Shown here piece after piece: positions 43,609-55,769 of a DNA stretch of 64,000 nt; within the stretch, counting starts at the first letter, position 1, and each line of letters begins with the position of its first letter. The position numbers and the translations under genes are program-made. The notes under the pieces were generated by a model. The model was given only the letters and a program-made list of their open reading frames with translations. It was not told where the DNA came from and ran no database searches. This DNA is from Rhodospirillales bacterium (GTDB lineage: Bacteria > Pseudomonadota > Alphaproteobacteria > Rhodospirillales > GLO-3): contig PIVK01000009.1 of the NCBI GenBank assembly GCA_003354135.1, positions 8,766 through 72,765 of the forward strand. The letters are read 5' to 3'.

Positions 43609-44004
43609 TTAATGCCGGCCATAGATGCGCCGGCAGGCGTTGGTGACGGCGTTGACCTCGTCGCCACCTAGGCGTTCGCCATTCCAGTAGACCTTGTCGC
43701 CCCGGACGGTCACCTTGCCGATGGTGCCCTCGGCCGAGATGTTCTTGCCGTCCAGGCCGTATTTCTCGGCGATGTCGACGCCGATGTTGAAGCTGATCTC
43801 CTTGGGGACCTTGATCTTGGAGCCGCCGCCGAGATCGGCTTCCTTGACCCGACGCCCGCGCACGTCGACGCCGGGCTGGTACTCGGCGCCCACCTGGGCG
43901 TTCTTGAGCAGCTTCTTGCAGTCTCGCTCGGACACCTTGCCCCGGCTCCCGGCCTGGGCCGGGAGGGCGAGGAGGAGCGCCAGTAGGAATGCCGCGGTCC
44001 TCAT
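43609..44004 (-). CDS. Hypothetical secreted protein
   Basis: ATG 44004 gives 131 aa with signal peptide 'MRTAAFLLALLLALPAQA'. Lys/Gly-rich mature part with two Cys. I recognise no family. Confidence 0.5.
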   Translation of the reverse strand: MRTAAFLLALLLALPAQAGSRGKVSERDCKKLLKNAQVGAEYQPGVDVRGRRVKEADLGGGSKIKVPKEISFNIGVDIAEKYGLDGKNISAEGTIGKVTVRGDKVYWNGERLGGDEVNAVTNACRRIYGRH

Positions 44005-44082
44005 GCCCGAAGTATAGCGGAAGGAGCCCCGCCGACACCATGGGAAAGCGCCTCCCGCTGTTGGCGGCAAATTTCCGACGAT

Positions 44083-44643
44083 TTAATTGTCGGCGTAAAA
44101 ACCTTCCCCCTCACCCATCCAGGCGGGGTTCGACTTAGCGATGCGGGAATAGACCGGGCAGTTCTCCCGATGCGTCCCCGGCAGGTAACCGATGCTCATC
44201 AGGAATTCGTTGACGATCTCGCCGCCGGTGAATTTGAAGGCGGTCTTGAAGAGCTTGGTCCACGCTGTCTTTGTCAGGGGGTGGTGGGCGGCGATCCAGG
44301 CGTCGAAGCCGCCGTGACTCTGGCGAAGACCCTGGATACGCCTTGCGTTTTCGATGATGGATGCGATCTTGAGCCGGTTCTTGATGATCCCGGGATCGCC
44401 CAGCAAACGGGCGATGTCGTCGTCCCCGAAGGCCGCCACCCTATCGACGCCGAAGCTCCGGAAGGCCTCATACGTGGCCGCGCGCTTCTTCAGCACGATC
44501 TCCCAACTTAAGCCTGCCTGGAAGATCTCCAACGCCAAACGCTCGAACAAGACCGCTTCGTCGGCGGTGGGAAAGCCGTATTCCGTATCGTGATAGGGGC
44601 CGTGGATGGGGTGGCCCGGCGCCACGTCGCAGTACCAGGACAT
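44083..44643 (-). CDS. tag: DNA-3-methyladenine glycosylase I
   Basis: 'YHDTEYGFP', 'FERLALEIFQAGLSWEIVLKKR', and 'C.....H...C' zinc-site-like termini. Confidence 0.88.
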   Translation of the reverse strand: MSWYCDVAPGHPIHGPYHDTEYGFPTADEAVLFERLALEIFQAGLSWEIVLKKRAATYEAFRSFGVDRVAAFGDDDIARLLGDPGIIKNRLKIASIIENARRIQGLRQSHGGFDAWIAAHHPLTKTAWTKLFKTAFKFTGGEIVNEFLMSIGYLPGTHRENCPVYSRIAKSNPAWMGEGEGFYADN

Positions 44644-44647
44644 GATC

Positions 44648-45052
44648 TCACGCCTGCTCCAGCTCTACCAAAGTGCCGCAGAAGTCCTTGGGATGCAGGA
44701 ACAGCACCGGCTTGCCGTGCGCCCCGGTCTTGGGTTCGCCGTTGCCCAAGACCCGCGCGCCCTTCTCCTTCAGCCAGTCGCGGGCGGCGAGGATGTCGTC
44801 GACCTCGTAGCAGACGTGGTGGATGCCGCCCGCCGGGTTCTTCTCCAGGAACTTGGTCAGCGGCGAGCCGTTGCCTAAGGGATGGAGGAGTTCCACCTTG
44901 GCGTTGGGCAACTCGACGAAGACCACGCTCACTCCGTGGTCCGGCTGATCCAGAGGCTCCGAGACCTTGGCCCCCAGCGTCTCGCGGTAGGTTGCGGAGG
45001 CGGCCTCAAGGTCCGGCACGGCGATGGCGACGTGGTTCAGGCGTCCGATCAT
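44648..45052 (-). CDS. mce: Methylmalonyl-CoA epimerase (VOC family)
   Basis: 134 aa: 'LNHVAIAVPDLEAA', 'GGIHHVCYEVDDI', 'VLFLHPKDFCGTLVELEQ'. Confidence 0.85.
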   Translation of the reverse strand: MIGRLNHVAIAVPDLEAASATYRETLGAKVSEPLDQPDHGVSVVFVELPNAKVELLHPLGNGSPLTKFLEKNPAGGIHHVCYEVDDILAARDWLKEKGARVLGNGEPKTGAHGKPVLFLHPKDFCGTLVELEQA

Positions 45053-45061
45053 GGTTATTGT

Positions 45062-46729
45062 CTAAACCCTCACAAGATGGACCGTGGTGATGGGGTTCTT
45101 GTTCAACGCCTTGCGGAAGAAACGGCGCACGGTGATGCGCACGGCCTCGGTCAAGGCGTCGTTGTCCGTCAACACCTTGGCGGCCAAAGACCCCAGAGCG
45201 GCGGCAGCGGCTTCCGCAGCCTCGTCCTCAATGTCCAATTCGTCATTTTCCACCAGGCCGGACGTGGTGATCTTGGGCGGGGAAATGGGGCGGCCTCTCT
45301 TGTCGGTGACCAGGGTCACAACGACGGTTCCGTTCCAGAGCGCCCGGCGCCGCGAGCGCATCATCTCGCCGTGAAGGGCCACCAGGCGGTTGCCGTCCAC
45401 GGCAAAGGCCCCGACGGGGACCGAGTCGATGATATCGGCCGCTCCCCCGTCGCCGCCGGCCAAGCGCACCATGGAGCCGTTCTCGGCCATCACGACGCGT
45501 GGGATGCCGATGATGTCGCGGGCCAGGCGACGGTGTTCCTTGAGGTGGATGGTCTCGCCGTGCATGGGGATGGCGATCTGGGGGCGTACCATGTCGTACA
45601 TGTGCATCATCTCACCGCGTGCCGGGTGGCCGGAGACGTGGATGGGACGGTCGCGCTCGGTCACCACCTCGATGCCACGGCGGATCAGCTCGTTGTGCAG
45701 CCGGGCGATGGCAATCTCGTTGCCGGGGATAATGCGCGACGAAAACAGAACGGCGTCCCCCTTGTCCAGCCTGATCCGGGGGTGGGCCTCGCTGACGATC
45801 CGGGGCAGAGCCGCGCGCGGCTCTCCCTGGCAGCCGGTGGAGATGATAAGCGTGTTCTCCTTCGGTAGGTGTTTCGCGTTCCGGTCGTCCAGGAATTCCG
45901 GCGTGTCGCGGAGGTAGCCGCAGGAGCGCGCCGTCTCGACGATGCGCCACAGCGACCGCCCCACCAGCACCACGCTGCGCCCGTTGGCCTCGGCGGCCCG
46001 CGAGATGGTCAGGAGGCGCGCCACGTTGGAGGCAAAACAGGAGACCACGACCCGGTTGCGGAAACCGCCGATGACCTGGGTCATGCTTTCCAGCAACGAT
46101 CCCTCGGACGCAACGGTGCCTTCGGCGAACACGTTGGTCGAGTCGCAGACCATGGCCAAAACCCCCTCGTCGCCGATACGCATTAGGGCCGTCTCGTCTG
46201 TCAGTCCGCCGACCACAGGTTTGGAATCGAACTTGAAGTCGCCGGTATGGAGCACCGTGCCCAGTTTGGTGCGAATGGCGAGTGCGGTGGCCTCGGGGAT
46301 GGAATGAGTGACGGGCACGCTCTCAAGGTCGAAGGGACCCAATTTCATGCGTCCGCCGATCGGGAATTCGTGAACCGGCACCCCGGCGTCGGGGGCATCG
46401 CCGGAAAGCTTCTTGCGAAGGAACGCCGCAGCGAAGGGCGGGGCGTAGACCGGGCATTGCAGGCGATCCCAGAGATAGGGAATGGCACCCAAATGGTCCT
46501 CGTGGGCGTGGGTGATGACCAGGCCCTTGAGCTTGTCACGCCGTTCGGCAATGAACCGCAGGTCGGGGACGATGACGTCGACACCCGACGATATTCCGTC
46601 GGAAAAGGTGATGCCGCAGTCCACCATCAGCCAATCCGGATCATCGGCCGGCCCGATCCCGTACAAGTAGGTGTTCATACCGATCTCGCCGGCGCCACCC
46701 AGCGGCACGAATAGCAGTTCATCGTTCAT
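45062..46729 (-). CDS. rnj: Ribonuclease J (beta-CASP metallo-beta-lactamase RNase)
   Basis: '[16 protein letters not shown]' HxHxDH motif, beta-CASP region, '[11 protein letters not shown]'. Confidence 0.9.
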   Translation of the reverse strand: MNDELLFVPLGGAGEIGMNTYLYGIGPADDPDWLMVDCGITFSDGISSGVDVIVPDLRFIAERRDKLKGLVITHAHEDHLGAIPYLWDRLQCPVYAPPFAAAFLRKKLSGDAPDAGVPVHEFPIGGRMKLGPFDLESVPVTHSIPEATALAIRTKLGTVLHTGDFKFDSKPVVGGLTDETALMRIGDEGVLAMVCDSTNVFAEGTVASEGSLLESMTQVIGGFRNRVVVSCFASNVARLLTISRAAEANGRSVVLVGRSLWRIVETARSCGYLRDTPEFLDDRNAKHLPKENTLIISTGCQGEPRAALPRIVSEAHPRIRLDKGDAVLFSSRIIPGNEIAIARLHNELIRRGIEVVTERDRPIHVSGHPARGEMMHMYDMVRPQIAIPMHGETIHLKEHRRLARDIIGIPRVVMAENGSMVRLAGGDGGAADIIDSVPVGAFAVDGNRLVALHGEMMRSRRRALWNGTVVVTLVTDKRGRPISPPKITTSGLVENDELDIEDEAAEAAAAALGSLAAKVLTDNDALTEAVRITVRRFFRKALNKNPITTVHLVRV

Positions 46730-47520
46730 GGATTTCTAACCGTCCTGGTTTTCTGGTTAAGTCGGTGAATGGCGAGAAGGCCGCGTAGCGTCAGGTCCGA
46801 GTCGACATGCCGAATGGCCATCGTCGCTTCGGAGAACAGGCCGGCAAGGCCCCCGGTGGCAATAACCGTGGGATTGCCGCCGCACTCCGCGGAAATGCGT
46901 TCCACCAGGCCTTCGATCAAGGAGACGTAGCCCCAGTAGATTCCGGACTGCATGGCGCTCACCGTCCCCTTGCCGATCACCCCCTTGGGGCGCCCGATGG
47001 CGACCCGGGGCAGCTTGGCCGCCGCCGTGTGCAGAGCTTCGAGCGAAAGGTTGATGCCCGGCGCGATGATGCCGCCGCAGTAGTTGCCTTCCTTGTCCAC
47101 CACGTCGAAGGTGGTGGCGGTGCCGAAGTCGAGGATGATCAGCGGGCCGCCGTAACGTTCGTGCGCCGCTACCGCGTTGACCAGCCGGTCGGCGCCCGCC
47201 TCGTCCGGGTTGTCGAGCAAGATCGTAAGCCCCAGTTCGACTCCCGGCGCACCGACCAGGAGCGGTTCGCACCCGAAGTATTTGCGGCACAGGGTCTTGA
47301 GCGCGAAGAAACTGGCCGGGACCACTGTGGCGATGATGGCGGCGTCGATCAGCGGCGTCTTGATGCCTTCCATGTGCAGGAGCTGATTCAGCCAGACGCC
47401 CAGTTCGTCGGCGGTGCGGTTGGTGTCGGTCGAAGCGCGCCACTCACCCCGAATTTCTCCGACGTCGTCAAAGACGGCGAAAACGGTGTTGGTGTTGCCG
47501 GAATCAATGGCAAGAAGCAT
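46726..47520 (-). CDS. coaX: Type III pantothenate kinase
   Basis: '[17 protein letters not shown]', '[11 protein letters not shown]', 'VIATGGLA' ASKHA motifs. ATG 47520. Confidence 0.92.
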   Translation of the reverse strand: MLLAIDSGNTNTVFAVFDDVGEIRGEWRASTDTNRTADELGVWLNQLLHMEGIKTPLIDAAIIATVVPASFFALKTLCRKYFGCEPLLVGAPGVELGLTILLDNPDEAGADRLVNAVAAHERYGGPLIILDFGTATTFDVVDKEGNYCGGIIAPGINLSLEALHTAAAKLPRVAIGRPKGVIGKGTVSAMQSGIYWGYVSLIEGLVERISAECGGNPTVIATGGLAGLFSEATMAIRHVDSDLTLRGLLAIHRLNQKTRTVRNP

Positions 47521-47545
47521 GGGCTGAGGTGCTCGCTCGGATGTG

Positions 47546-48298
47546 TCAGGCGACCGGCAGCACGTCGCCAGCCAGGATCCGCTCCACTCCGCCATCGGTC
47601 TTCAACAGCAGGGCGCCCTGTTCGTCGATACCTTGGAAGGTACCGCCGACAGTGCGCTCGGGCAAGCGTAGCGCGATCATGCCGCCAAGGCCATAGGCGC
47701 GTTCGAGCCAAGCTTCGCGGATGAGCCGGAAACCCGCGTGCTCCCAAAGTTTTCGTTGACGATGAAACTGAAAACACACGCTTTCCAGAAGTTCCCCAAT
47801 GGTCATCTCGGTAGCGCCTTCGGCATTGATGTCAGTGGCTGGGAACCGGACCGCGTCGTCATCGGGGTGATGACCGACGTTGATTCCGATGCCGACAACC
47901 AGGAAATCCAAGGACCCCGACGGGCCTGTCTCGGCTTCGAGCAGAATGCCCGCCACTTTGCGTCCGCCCACCAGGAGATCGTTGGGCCATTTACAAGTGA
48001 CGTCGGCTCCGGGGAGGACGGTGGCAATGGCCTCCGCGAGCGCATTGGCGGCAACGAAAGCAAACTCCGTTGCCCGCTCGGGTCCGCAGCTAGGCCGAAG
48101 GACGATGGAGGCATAGAGGTTGCCCGGCTCGGAAACCCAGCTGCGTCCCATGCGACCGCGCCCGGCCGACTGTTCAAGGGCCCAGACGACGGTGGAATCG
48201 GCGGCACCGCTCTGGGCGCGGCGTCTGGCTTCGCTGCTGGTGCTGTCAATCGTCTCCAAGGAAACGAGGTGGAACGATTGGGGAAGGACGGCGTCCAT
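47546..48298 (-). CDS. birA: Biotin--[acetyl-CoA-carboxylase] ligase (no N-terminal HTH, so ligase-only type)
   Basis: '[11 protein letters not shown]' biotin-binding motif and 'KWPNDLLV'. ATG 48298 gives 250 aa. The 466-aa track ORF runs on out of frame through nuoN. Confidence 0.9.
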   Translation of the reverse strand: MDAVLPQSFHLVSLETIDSTSSEARRRAQSGAADSTVVWALEQSAGRGRMGRSWVSEPGNLYASIVLRPSCGPERATEFAFVAANALAEAIATVLPGADVTCKWPNDLLVGGRKVAGILLEAETGPSGSLDFLVVGIGINVGHHPDDDAVRFPATDINAEGATEMTIGELLESVCFQFHRQRKLWEHAGFRLIREAWLERAYGLGGMIALRLPERTVGGTFQGIDEQGALLLKTDGGVERILAGDVLPVA

Positions 48299-48306
48299 TC
48301 CTTGCT

Positions 48307-49785
48307 CTACCCTCCCAGCAGCGCGGCGGCGGCGGCGGCGGCACCCGAAAGAACCAGGCTGGGATAGAGGAAGAAGAAGGCCACCACCAGGCTGGTGAAT
48401 AAGAGAACACCCTTGACCTCCGGCGCCACGGGACCGTCGAAGGCCTCGGTGGGCTCGTCGAAGTACATCACCTTGATGATGCGAATGTAGTAGAAGGCGC
48501 CCACCACGCTGGTCAGCACACCGATGATGGCGAGCCCATAGAGTTCGGCTTCCATAGCGGCAAGGAAGATGTAGAACTTGCCGAAGAATCCGGCCAACGG
48601 CGGAATCCCGGCCATGGAGAACATGAAGAGCGCCATCGCCAGGGCCAGCATGGGATTGGTCTTGCTGAGCCCCGCCAAGTCGTTGATCCCTTCGACCATT
48701 CGCTCGCCGCGACGCATGGTGAGAATGACCGCGAAGGCGCCCAGGTTCATGAAGAGGTAAATGGCGAGGTAGATCAGCACGCCCTTGATGCCGGAAGCTC
48801 CCCCCGCGGCGACGCCGATCAAGGCGTAGCCCGCATGGCCGATGGAACTGTAGGCCATCAGTCGCTTGATGTTCTTCTGTACCAAGGCGGCGAAGGCACC
48901 GACGAACATGGAGAGGATGGCGACCAGAACCACCACCTGTTGCCATTGTTCGGCCAGCTCACCAAACGGCCCCATGACGACGCGCAGCAGCAGCGCCATG
49001 GCGGCCAGTTTGGGCCCAACCGAGAAGAAGGCGGTGACCGGCGTCGGTGCACCTTCGTAAACATCCGGCGTCCACATGTGGAACGGGGCGGCCGAGATTT
49101 TGAACGCCAGACCGGCCAGCAGAAAGACGAGACCAATGACCAGGCCCAGCGGAGGCGCATGGCCATTAGCGCCCTCGAAATGCGCGGCCAGGGCGTCGAA
49201 ACCTGTGGCGCCCGTGAAGCCGTAGATCAATGAGGCGCCGTAGAGCATCATGCCCGATGCAAGGGCGCCGAGGACGAAGTACTTGAGGCCAGCTTCCGTA
49301 GAGCGCGGGTCTTCCCGTTGGAAGGCGGCGATGACGTAGAGCGACAGGCTCTGCATCTCGAGGCCAACGTAGAGCGAGATGAGGTCATTGGCCGAGACCA
49401 TCATCATCATGCCCAAGGTGGCGAACATCATCAGCACGCCGTACTCGAAACGGGCCACGCCCTGGCGTTCCAGGTAGTCCCGCGAGATGATCAGGGCCAG
49501 GCCCGAGGCCAGCAGAACCAACACCTTGAAGAAGGTCGCGAAGGGATCGGTTACGAACAGGCCGTTAAAGGCGACCACACGTCCGTCGGGAACCATGACC
49601 AGCAGCAGGGTGGCGAGCCCCAGGGCGAGGACGCTCAGGTACAACACCAGGCGCGCGGCCTTGTTGGCCTCTTTTTCCGTGCTGCGGTCGTGGAACGCGC
49701 CCAGCATCAGGAGCGCCATGGCGGCCACCGCCATGAAGAGCTCCGGCAGGGCCGGGATCAGGTTGGGAACTTCCGCCAAGGCCAT
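48307..49785 (-). CDS. nuoN: NADH-quinone oxidoreductase subunit N
   Basis: Polytopic antiporter-like subunit; last gene of the nuo run. ATG 49785 ('[15 protein letters not shown]') lies downstream of the nuoM stop. Confidence 0.92.
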   Translation of the reverse strand: MALAEVPNLIPALPELFMAVAAMALLMLGAFHDRSTEKEANKAARLVLYLSVLALGLATLLLVMVPDGRVVAFNGLFVTDPFATFFKVLVLLASGLALIISRDYLERQGVARFEYGVLMMFATLGMMMMVSANDLISLYVGLEMQSLSLYVIAAFQREDPRSTEAGLKYFVLGALASGMMLYGASLIYGFTGATGFDALAAHFEGANGHAPPLGLVIGLVFLLAGLAFKISAAPFHMWTPDVYEGAPTPVTAFFSVGPKLAAMALLLRVVMGPFGELAEQWQQVVVLVAILSMFVGAFAALVQKNIKRLMAYSSIGHAGYALIGVAAGGASGIKGVLIYLAIYLFMNLGAFAVILTMRRGERMVEGINDLAGLSKTNPMLALAMALFMFSMAGIPPLAGFFGKFYIFLAAMEAELYGLAIIGVLTSVVGAFYYIRIIKVMYFDEPTEAFDGPVAPEVKGVLLFTSLVVAFFFLYPSLVLSGAAAAAAALLGG

Positions 49786-49804
49786 GTCTTCGCCCTTCCC
49801 CGTG

Positions 49805-51325
49805 CTATCGGGCCGCCTGGGCGAGCGCATCCGCGCCGGCCCGCGCCGTTTCCATGTGTTCAATCAGGTTTGTCACCGAGACGTGCATGACGTCCAGGAA
49901 TGACGGTGGGTAGATGCCCATCCACAGGACCAGGACAATCAAGGGCGCGAAGACTAGGACCTCGCGCCGGCTCATGTCGGAGATCTTCTGCAAGGATTCC
50001 CTGGTCAGCTTGCCGAAGATGACACGACGGTAAAGGTAGAGCATATAGGCTGCACTCAGAACCACGCCGGTCGCCGTCAGGGCCGCAACCCAGGGGGCTG
50101 CTTTGAAGGCTCCGAGCAGGATCAGGAACTCGCCGATAAACCCGCCGGTACCCGGAAGCCCCACCGAGGCCAGCATGAACAGCATGAATGTTAGCCCGTA
50201 GACCGGCATGCGGTGCACCAGCCCCCCGTAGTCGGAGATCCGGCGTGAATGGATGCGGTCGTAGACCACGCCGACGATGAGGAACAATGCGGCCGAGACC
50301 ACGCCGTGGCTCAGCATCTGGTAGATCGCGCCCTCGATTCCCTGCTGGTTGAGCGAGAAGGTGCCTACGGTGACGAAGCCCATGTGGGCGACGGACGAGT
50401 AGGCGATCAGCTTCTTCATGTCCTCCTGCGCCAGCGCCACCAGCGAGGTGTAGATCACCGCGATGATGGAAAGGGTGAACATCAGCGGCGTGAAGACGAC
50501 GCTCGCGTCTGGGAACATGGGCAGCGAGAAGCGCAGGAACCCGTAGCCGCCGAACTTCAGCAGCACGCCGGCCAGGATCACCGACCCCGCGGTGGGCGCC
50601 TCGACATGGGCGTCGGGCAGCCAGGTATGCACCGGCCACATGGGGACCTTGACGGCGAACGAGGCGAAGAATGCCAACCACAGCCAAATCTGCAGGTCCG
50701 GGTGGAAGCCTGCGTTCATCAGTTCCGGAATCTCGGTGGTGCCCGCGGTTTGGTACATGACCAAGAGCGCCAGCAGCATCAGCACCGAACCCAGCAGGGT
50801 ATAGAGGAAAAACTTGAAGGCCGCGTAGACGCGCCGTGGTCCGCCCCAGACGCCGATGATCAGGAACATGGGGATCAGGACCGCCTCGAAGAAAAGATAG
50901 AAGACCACGATGTCCAGCGCGCTGAACATACCGATCATCATGGCTTCCATGAGCAGGAAGGCGATCATGTACTCCTTCACCCGCGTGGTCACGGCTTCCC
51001 AGGCACTGAGAATGCAGACCGGGGTCAACAGAGTGGACAGCAGCACGAACAACACCGAGATACCGTCGACGCCCACGTAATAGGTGATGTTATAGGCAGG
51101 CATCCATTCCTGGCGCTCAACGAACTGGAAGTCCGCCGTCGTGCGGTCGAAGGCGAACCAGAGGTAGAGCGACCAGAGGAAGGTGAAGCCCGATGTCCAC
51201 AGCGCCGCCCAGCGGGCATTGCGCGCGATGACCTTCTCGTCGCCCCGGGTCAGAAAGATGAAGATGAAGGCCGCGCCGGCCAGCGGTATTAGGATCAGCG
51301 AGGAAAGGATATGGAGGCTGCTCAT
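49805..51325 (-). CDS. nuoM: NADH-quinone oxidoreductase subunit M
   Basis: 506 aa antiporter-like: '[17 protein letters not shown]'. Confidence 0.94.
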   Translation of the reverse strand: MSSLHILSSLILIPLAGAAFIFIFLTRGDEKVIARNARWAALWTSGFTFLWSLYLWFAFDRTTADFQFVERQEWMPAYNITYYVGVDGISVLFVLLSTLLTPVCILSAWEAVTTRVKEYMIAFLLMEAMMIGMFSALDIVVFYLFFEAVLIPMFLIIGVWGGPRRVYAAFKFFLYTLLGSVLMLLALLVMYQTAGTTEIPELMNAGFHPDLQIWLWLAFFASFAVKVPMWPVHTWLPDAHVEAPTAGSVILAGVLLKFGGYGFLRFSLPMFPDASVVFTPLMFTLSIIAVIYTSLVALAQEDMKKLIAYSSVAHMGFVTVGTFSLNQQGIEGAIYQMLSHGVVSAALFLIVGVVYDRIHSRRISDYGGLVHRMPVYGLTFMLFMLASVGLPGTGGFIGEFLILLGAFKAAPWVAALTATGVVLSAAYMLYLYRRVIFGKLTRESLQKISDMSRREVLVFAPLIVLVLWMGIYPPSFLDVMHVSVTNLIEHMETARAGADALAQAAR

Positions 51326-51344
51326 GGTCTTCTCATCCTCCCCT

Positions 51345-53300
51345 TTAGGCCGTCGAACTCAAGATGTACCAGGTGACCAACACCGCAACGCCGACAAGCA
51401 TGGCGAAGGCATAGTGATAGAGATAGCCGCTCTGCAGCCGCGCGGTCTTCCGGCCCACATCCATGACGACGGCCGACAAACCGTCCGGTCCCAGCCCGTC
51501 GATGAGATCGCCGTCGCCGGTCTTCCATAGGTTTTTGCCCAGGCGCATGGCGGGACGGACGAACAGGAAATCGTAGAGTTCGTCGAAGTACCACTTGTTC
51601 AGCAGGAACAGGTAGACGGGGCGCCAGGCCTCGGCCAGCATCTTGGGCAGGCTGGTGGCGTACATGTACATGAAATAGGCCAGGGAGATGCCTGCGATGC
51701 CCACAACCAAGGGGGCGTACTTGACCCAGGCCGGGACGTGGTGCGCGGCCTCGATCGCCGTGTGCGTCGGCAGGACGAGAATGGAATTGCCCCAGAACGC
51801 CACGGCATCGCGACCGACGAAGCCCTCGTAGCCCAGGTATCCGGCGAAGACGGCGCCGGTGGCCAATACCAGCAACGGCACGATCATCACCTTCGGGCTC
51901 TCATGCACATGGGCCAGGACCTTTTCGTCGGCCCGCGACTTGCCGTGGAAGGTGAGAATGATCAGGCGCCAGGAATAGAAGGCGGTGAGCAACGCCGCCA
52001 AGACTCCGAGCCAGAAAGCATACTGGCCGATCCCGGTGTGGGAGGCGAAGGCCGCTTCGAGCACGATGTCCTTGGACCAATAGCCGGCGAACGGCGGAAT
52101 GCCGGCCAGCGCCAGGCTGCCGATCCACATCAGCGCGTAGGTCACGGGAATCATCTTCCAGATGCCACCCATCTTGCGGATGTCCTGTTCGTCAGACATG
52201 GCGTGAATGACAGAGCCGGCGCCTAGGAACAGCAGCGCCTTGAAGAAGGCGTGAGTCATCAGATGAAAGATGCCCGCCGAATAAGCCGAGACGCCGCAGG
52301 CGAAGAACATATAACCGAGCTGGGAGCAGGTGGAATACGCGATCACCCGTTTGATGTCGTTCTGCACGCAGCCGATGGTGGCGGCGAAGATGGCGGTCGA
52401 GGCGCCGACCAGGGTCACCACCGTCAACGCGGTGTCCGAGTATTCGAACATCGGGCTCAGTCGTGCCACCATGAACACGCCCGCCGTCACCATGGTGGCG
52501 GCGTGGATGAGGGCGGAGACCGGGGTCGGACCCTCCATGGCGTCCGGAAGCCAGGTGTGCAGCCCCAGCTGTGCCGACTTGCCCATGGCACCGACGAACA
52601 GCAGCAGGCAGATGACGGTCAAGGCGTGGAACTCGGTGCCTAAGACGATTATGGTGGCGTCGGCTTTGCCGGATACGGCGCCAAAGATGGTGTCCAGGTG
52701 TACGGTGTCGAACAGCACGTAGGTGGCGAAGATACCGAGCGCGAAGCCGAAGTCACCAACCCGGTTGACCAGGAAGGCCTTGATGGCGGCGGCGTTGGCC
52801 TCGGGCTTTTTGTACCAGAAGCCGATCAACAGGTAAGACGCGAGGCCGACGCCCTCCCAACCGAAGAACATCTGCACCAGGTTGTCCGCCGTCACCAACA
52901 TCAGCATGAAGAAAGTGAAGAGCGACAGGTACGACATAAAACGCGGGATCGAACCGTCATGGTGCATGTAGCCGATGGAATAGACGTGCACCATGGCCGA
53001 CACCGTGGTGACGACGAACATCATCACCGCCGTAAGCTGGTCCACCTTGATGGCCCAGTTGAGTTCCAGGGTTCCGGAGTCGATCCAGGTGAAGAGCGTG
53101 ATGGTAACCGGCTGGCTGTCCATCGCCACGCTCTTGAAGATCACCCAGCTGAGCACCATGGAGATCAGCAGAGCACCGCAGGTGAGCCATTGCGACCAAC
53201 TGTCGATCGTGTGCTTCTTCTCTCCTTCGGCGGGAAGGAAGGCCATGAACCCGGCGATTGCCGAGGCGAGTAGAGGCAGGAAAACCGCGGCTGTATACAT
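51345..53300 (-). CDS. nuoL: NADH-quinone oxidoreductase subunit L
   Basis: 651 aa: '[24 protein letters not shown]', with the long C-terminal lateral-helix region. Confidence 0.94.
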   Translation of the reverse strand: MYTAAVFLPLLASAIAGFMAFLPAEGEKKHTIDSWSQWLTCGALLISMVLSWVIFKSVAMDSQPVTITLFTWIDSGTLELNWAIKVDQLTAVMMFVVTTVSAMVHVYSIGYMHHDGSIPRFMSYLSLFTFFMLMLVTADNLVQMFFGWEGVGLASYLLIGFWYKKPEANAAAIKAFLVNRVGDFGFALGIFATYVLFDTVHLDTIFGAVSGKADATIIVLGTEFHALTVICLLLFVGAMGKSAQLGLHTWLPDAMEGPTPVSALIHAATMVTAGVFMVARLSPMFEYSDTALTVVTLVGASTAIFAATIGCVQNDIKRVIAYSTCSQLGYMFFACGVSAYSAGIFHLMTHAFFKALLFLGAGSVIHAMSDEQDIRKMGGIWKMIPVTYALMWIGSLALAGIPPFAGYWSKDIVLEAAFASHTGIGQYAFWLGVLAALLTAFYSWRLIILTFHGKSRADEKVLAHVHESPKVMIVPLLVLATGAVFAGYLGYEGFVGRDAVAFWGNSILVLPTHTAIEAAHHVPAWVKYAPLVVGIAGISLAYFMYMYATSLPKMLAEAWRPVYLFLLNKWYFDELYDFLFVRPAMRLGKNLWKTGDGDLIDGLGPDGLSAVVMDVGRKTARLQSGYLYHYAFAMLVGVAVLVTWYILSSTA

Positions 53301-53307
53301 GATTCCC

Positions 53308-53616
53308 CTACCCCTTCATCGTGTTGATGTCTTCGACCGCTATGCTTCCGCGGTTGCGGAAGAACACGACCAGGATGGCGAGACCGATCGCGGCTTCGGC
53401 GGCTGCGACGGTCAGGACCAGCATGGCGAAGACCTGCCCTACCAAATCGCCGAGCGCCGCCGAGAACGCCACCAGATTGATATTGACGGCGAGCAGCATC
53501 AGTTCGACCGACATCAGGATGACGATGACGTTCTTGCGGTTGAGGAAGATGCCGAACACGCCCAGCGTGAACAGGATCGCGGCGACGGTGAGGTAATGGG
53601 AGAGGCCGATGTCCAT
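53308..53616 (-). CDS. nuoK: NADH-quinone oxidoreductase subunit K
   Basis: 102 aa, three TM segments: '[12 protein letters not shown]', '[13 protein letters not shown]'. Confidence 0.94.
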   Translation of the reverse strand: MDIGLSHYLTVAAILFTLGVFGIFLNRKNVIVILMSVELMLLAVNINLVAFSAALGDLVGQVFAMLVLTVAAAEAAIGLAILVVFFRNRGSIAVEDINTMKG

Positions 53617-53619
53617 GGC

Positions 53620-54225
53620 TCAGATCCCCTTCCCCGGTTCGATCTTCCTGAGTTCGATGCACTCCTTCGGATCGCGCGTCACTTGATCGAAGATGCGCTG
53701 GCGGCGCACGCCGGGACGGCGGCGGTGGGTCAGCACGATGGCCCCGATCATGGCCACCAGCAGAATTAGGCCCGCAGCCTGGAACAGATAGATGTAGTGG
53801 GTGTAAATCAACTGCCCAAGGGCCTCGGTATTGGTGAGGTTTGCTGGCGTGGGCGCGGCTCCGCCCGCGGCGGCCTCGGCGTCGATGTTCATGCCGCCCA
53901 GCGCCACCACAATCTCGATCAGAAGTACCAGGCCGATAACCCCGCCCAAGGGCAAGTACTGCAGGAATCCTTGGCGCAGCTCGACGAAGTTGATGTCCAG
54001 CATCATCACCACGAACAGGAACAACACGGCTACCGCGCCGACGTAGACGATGACCAGGATCATGGCCAGAAACTCGGCGCCCAGCAGCACGAAGAGTCCT
54101 GCCGAGTTGAAGAAGGTCAGGATCAGGAACAGTACCGAATGTACCGGGTTCCTGGCCGATATCACCATGACGCCGGAGGCCACGGTGATGAAGGCGAACA
54201 TGTAGAAGACCAGGGCTTCGATCAT
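53620..54225 (-). CDS. nuoJ: NADH-quinone oxidoreductase subunit J
   Basis: 201 aa: 'RNPVHSVLFLILTF', 'VYVGAVAVLFLFVVMML'. Confidence 0.93.
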   Translation of the reverse strand: MIEALVFYMFAFITVASGVMVISARNPVHSVLFLILTFFNSAGLFVLLGAEFLAMILVIVYVGAVAVLFLFVVMMLDINFVELRQGFLQYLPLGGVIGLVLLIEIVVALGGMNIDAEAAAGGAAPTPANLTNTEALGQLIYTHYIYLFQAAGLILLVAMIGAIVLTHRRRPGVRRQRIFDQVTRDPKECIELRKIEPGKGI

Positions 54226-54238
54226 CGTTTTCCCCGCA

Positions 54239-54730
54239 TCACCGGTACGGCGCGTCGCGCCGGAGGCGCTCGGCCAGTTCGGTTTCCCAACGCTCGCCGT
54301 TGGCGAGCAGATTCTGCTTGTCGTACATCAATTCCTCGCGGGTTTCGGTCGCGTACTCGAAGTTGGGCCCTTCGACGATGGCATCCACCGGGCAGGCTTC
54401 TTCGCAAAAGCCGCAGTAGATGCACTTGGTCATGTCGAGATCGTAGCGCGTGGTGCGCCTGGAGCCGTCATCTTCGTGCGGGCCCGCCTCGATGGTGATG
54501 GCCTGGGCCGGGCAGATGGCTTCGCACAGTTTGCAGGCGATGCAACGCTCCTCGCCGTTGGGGTAGCGTCTGAGGGCATGTTCGCCACGGAAGCGCGGAC
54601 TCAGCGGCCCCTTCTCCATCGGGTAGTTGAGTGTCACCGGGGTCTTGAACATATAGCGCAGCGTCAGCGCCATGCCCGAAAGAAGCTCGGTGAGGAAGAA
54701 CGAACGGATGCCGGCGGAAATCAGATTCAT
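54239..54730 (-). CDS. nuoI: NADH-quinone oxidoreductase subunit I
   Basis: Two 4Fe-4S ferredoxin motifs: '[12 protein letters not shown]' and '[12 protein letters not shown]'. Confidence 0.95.
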   Translation of the reverse strand: MNLISAGIRSFFLTELLSGMALTLRYMFKTPVTLNYPMEKGPLSPRFRGEHALRRYPNGEERCIACKLCEAICPAQAITIEAGPHEDDGSRRTTRYDLDMTKCIYCGFCEEACPVDAIVEGPNFEYATETREELMYDKQNLLANGERWETELAERLRRDAPYR

Positions 54731-54743
54731 GACCCGTCTTCCC

Positions 54744-55769
54744 CTATCCCTTTGCGCCCAGCACGGACTGGATGTCGAAGGCGACCACCACGCCGCCGAC
54801 GATGACGACCGCTGCCAAGGAGATAGGCAGGAACACCTTCCAGCCCAGGCGCATCAGTTGGTCGTAGCGGTACCGCGGAAAGGCGGCGCGGAGCCAGATG
54901 AAGACGAACAGCAGAAACGATATCTTGAGCACGAACCAGACAGGTCCCGGAATCCAGGTGAACGGCACGATATCGAAGGGTGGCAGCCAGCCTCCCAGGA
55001 ACAGCACCGTGGTCATGCCGGACATGAGGATCATGTTCGCGTACTCGCCGAGGAAGAACAACGCGAAGGGCATGGCCGAGTACTCGACATTGAAGCCCCC
55101 CACCAGTTCCGCTTCTGCCTCCGGAAGGTCGAAAGGGTGACGATTGGTCTCGGCCACCGTCGAGATGAAAAAGATCACTGCCATCGGCAGAAGGGGAATG
55201 ACGAACCAGACCGTCTTCTGAGCATTTACGATTTCGGTCAGGTTTAATGATCCGACGCAGAGCAGCACGGTGATGATGATGAAGCCCATGGAGACCTCGT
55301 AGGACACCATCTGCGCTGCGGACCGCAGGCCGCCGAGAAAGGCGTATTTCGAGTTGGACGCCCAGCCCGCCATCATGATGCCGTAGACGCCAAGCGAAGA
55401 GATGGCGAAGAGGTAGAGCACACCGACGTTGATGTCGGCCAGCACGAGTCCGTCGCCAAAGGGGATCACCGCCCAGGCGACCAAAGCCAGGCTGAAGGTC
55501 AGCATGGGCGCTATGAAAAAGACCACCGGGTTGGCGCGGGTTGGCAGCACCGTTTCCTTGAGGAACAATTTGAGTCCATCGGCCAAGGGCTGCAGCAGTC
55601 CGAAGGGACCCACCACGTTGGGCCCTTTCCGGCGATGCATTCCGCCGATGATCTTGCGCTCGGCGAAAGTCAGGTAGGCGACCGCCACCAGGATGGGAAG
55701 GATGATGGCGACGATCTTGATGACGATCCAGAGCGTCGGCCAGATGTAGTCGTGCCAGAACTCAGCCAT
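54744..55769 (-). CDS. nuoH: NADH-quinone oxidoreductase subunit H
   Basis: '[26 protein letters not shown]', '[16 protein letters not shown]'. ATG 55769 overlaps the nuoG stop by 8 nt. Confidence 0.93.
   Translation of the reverse strand: MAEFWHDYIWPTLWIVIKIVAIILPILVAVAYLTFAERKIIGGMHRRKGPNVVGPFGLLQPLADGLKLFLKETVLPTRANPVVFFIAPMLTFSLALVAWAVIPFGDGLVLADINVGVLYLFAISSLGVYGIMMAGWASNSKYAFLGGLRSAAQMVSYEVSMGFIIITVLLCVGSLNLTEIVNAQKTVWFVIPLLPMAVIFFISTVAETNRHPFDLPEAEAELVGGFNVEYSAMPFALFFLGEYANMILMSGMTTVLFLGGWLPPFDIVPFTWIPGPVWFVLKISFLLFVFIWLRAAFPRYRYDQLMRLGWKVFLPISLAAVVIVGGVVVAFDIQSVLGAKG

Noticed and set aside
41422-43671. 749-aa ORF on the plus strand, plus similar long ORFs such as 19676-21310 (544 aa), 15977-17290 (437 aa), 18342-19544 (400 aa), 23598-24977 (459 aa), 6798-8207 (469 aa) and 4592-5635 (347 aa)
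   Set aside because: All lie antisense to, or out of frame within, genes with unmistakable family signatures (lolC/proS, permease, gltA, glnS, lpxI/lpxA, copA). Their translations are Arg/Gly/Pro/Ala-rich low-complexity strings typical of stop-codon-poor alternative frames in GC-rich DNA, and none shows a recognisable motif.
47546-48946. 466-aa ORF suggesting a large fusion protein upstream of coaX
   Set aside because: Only the C-terminal 250 aa (from ATG 48298) match biotin ligase. The upstream part is an out-of-frame read through the 3' end of nuoN and is Arg/Gly/His-rich nonsense.
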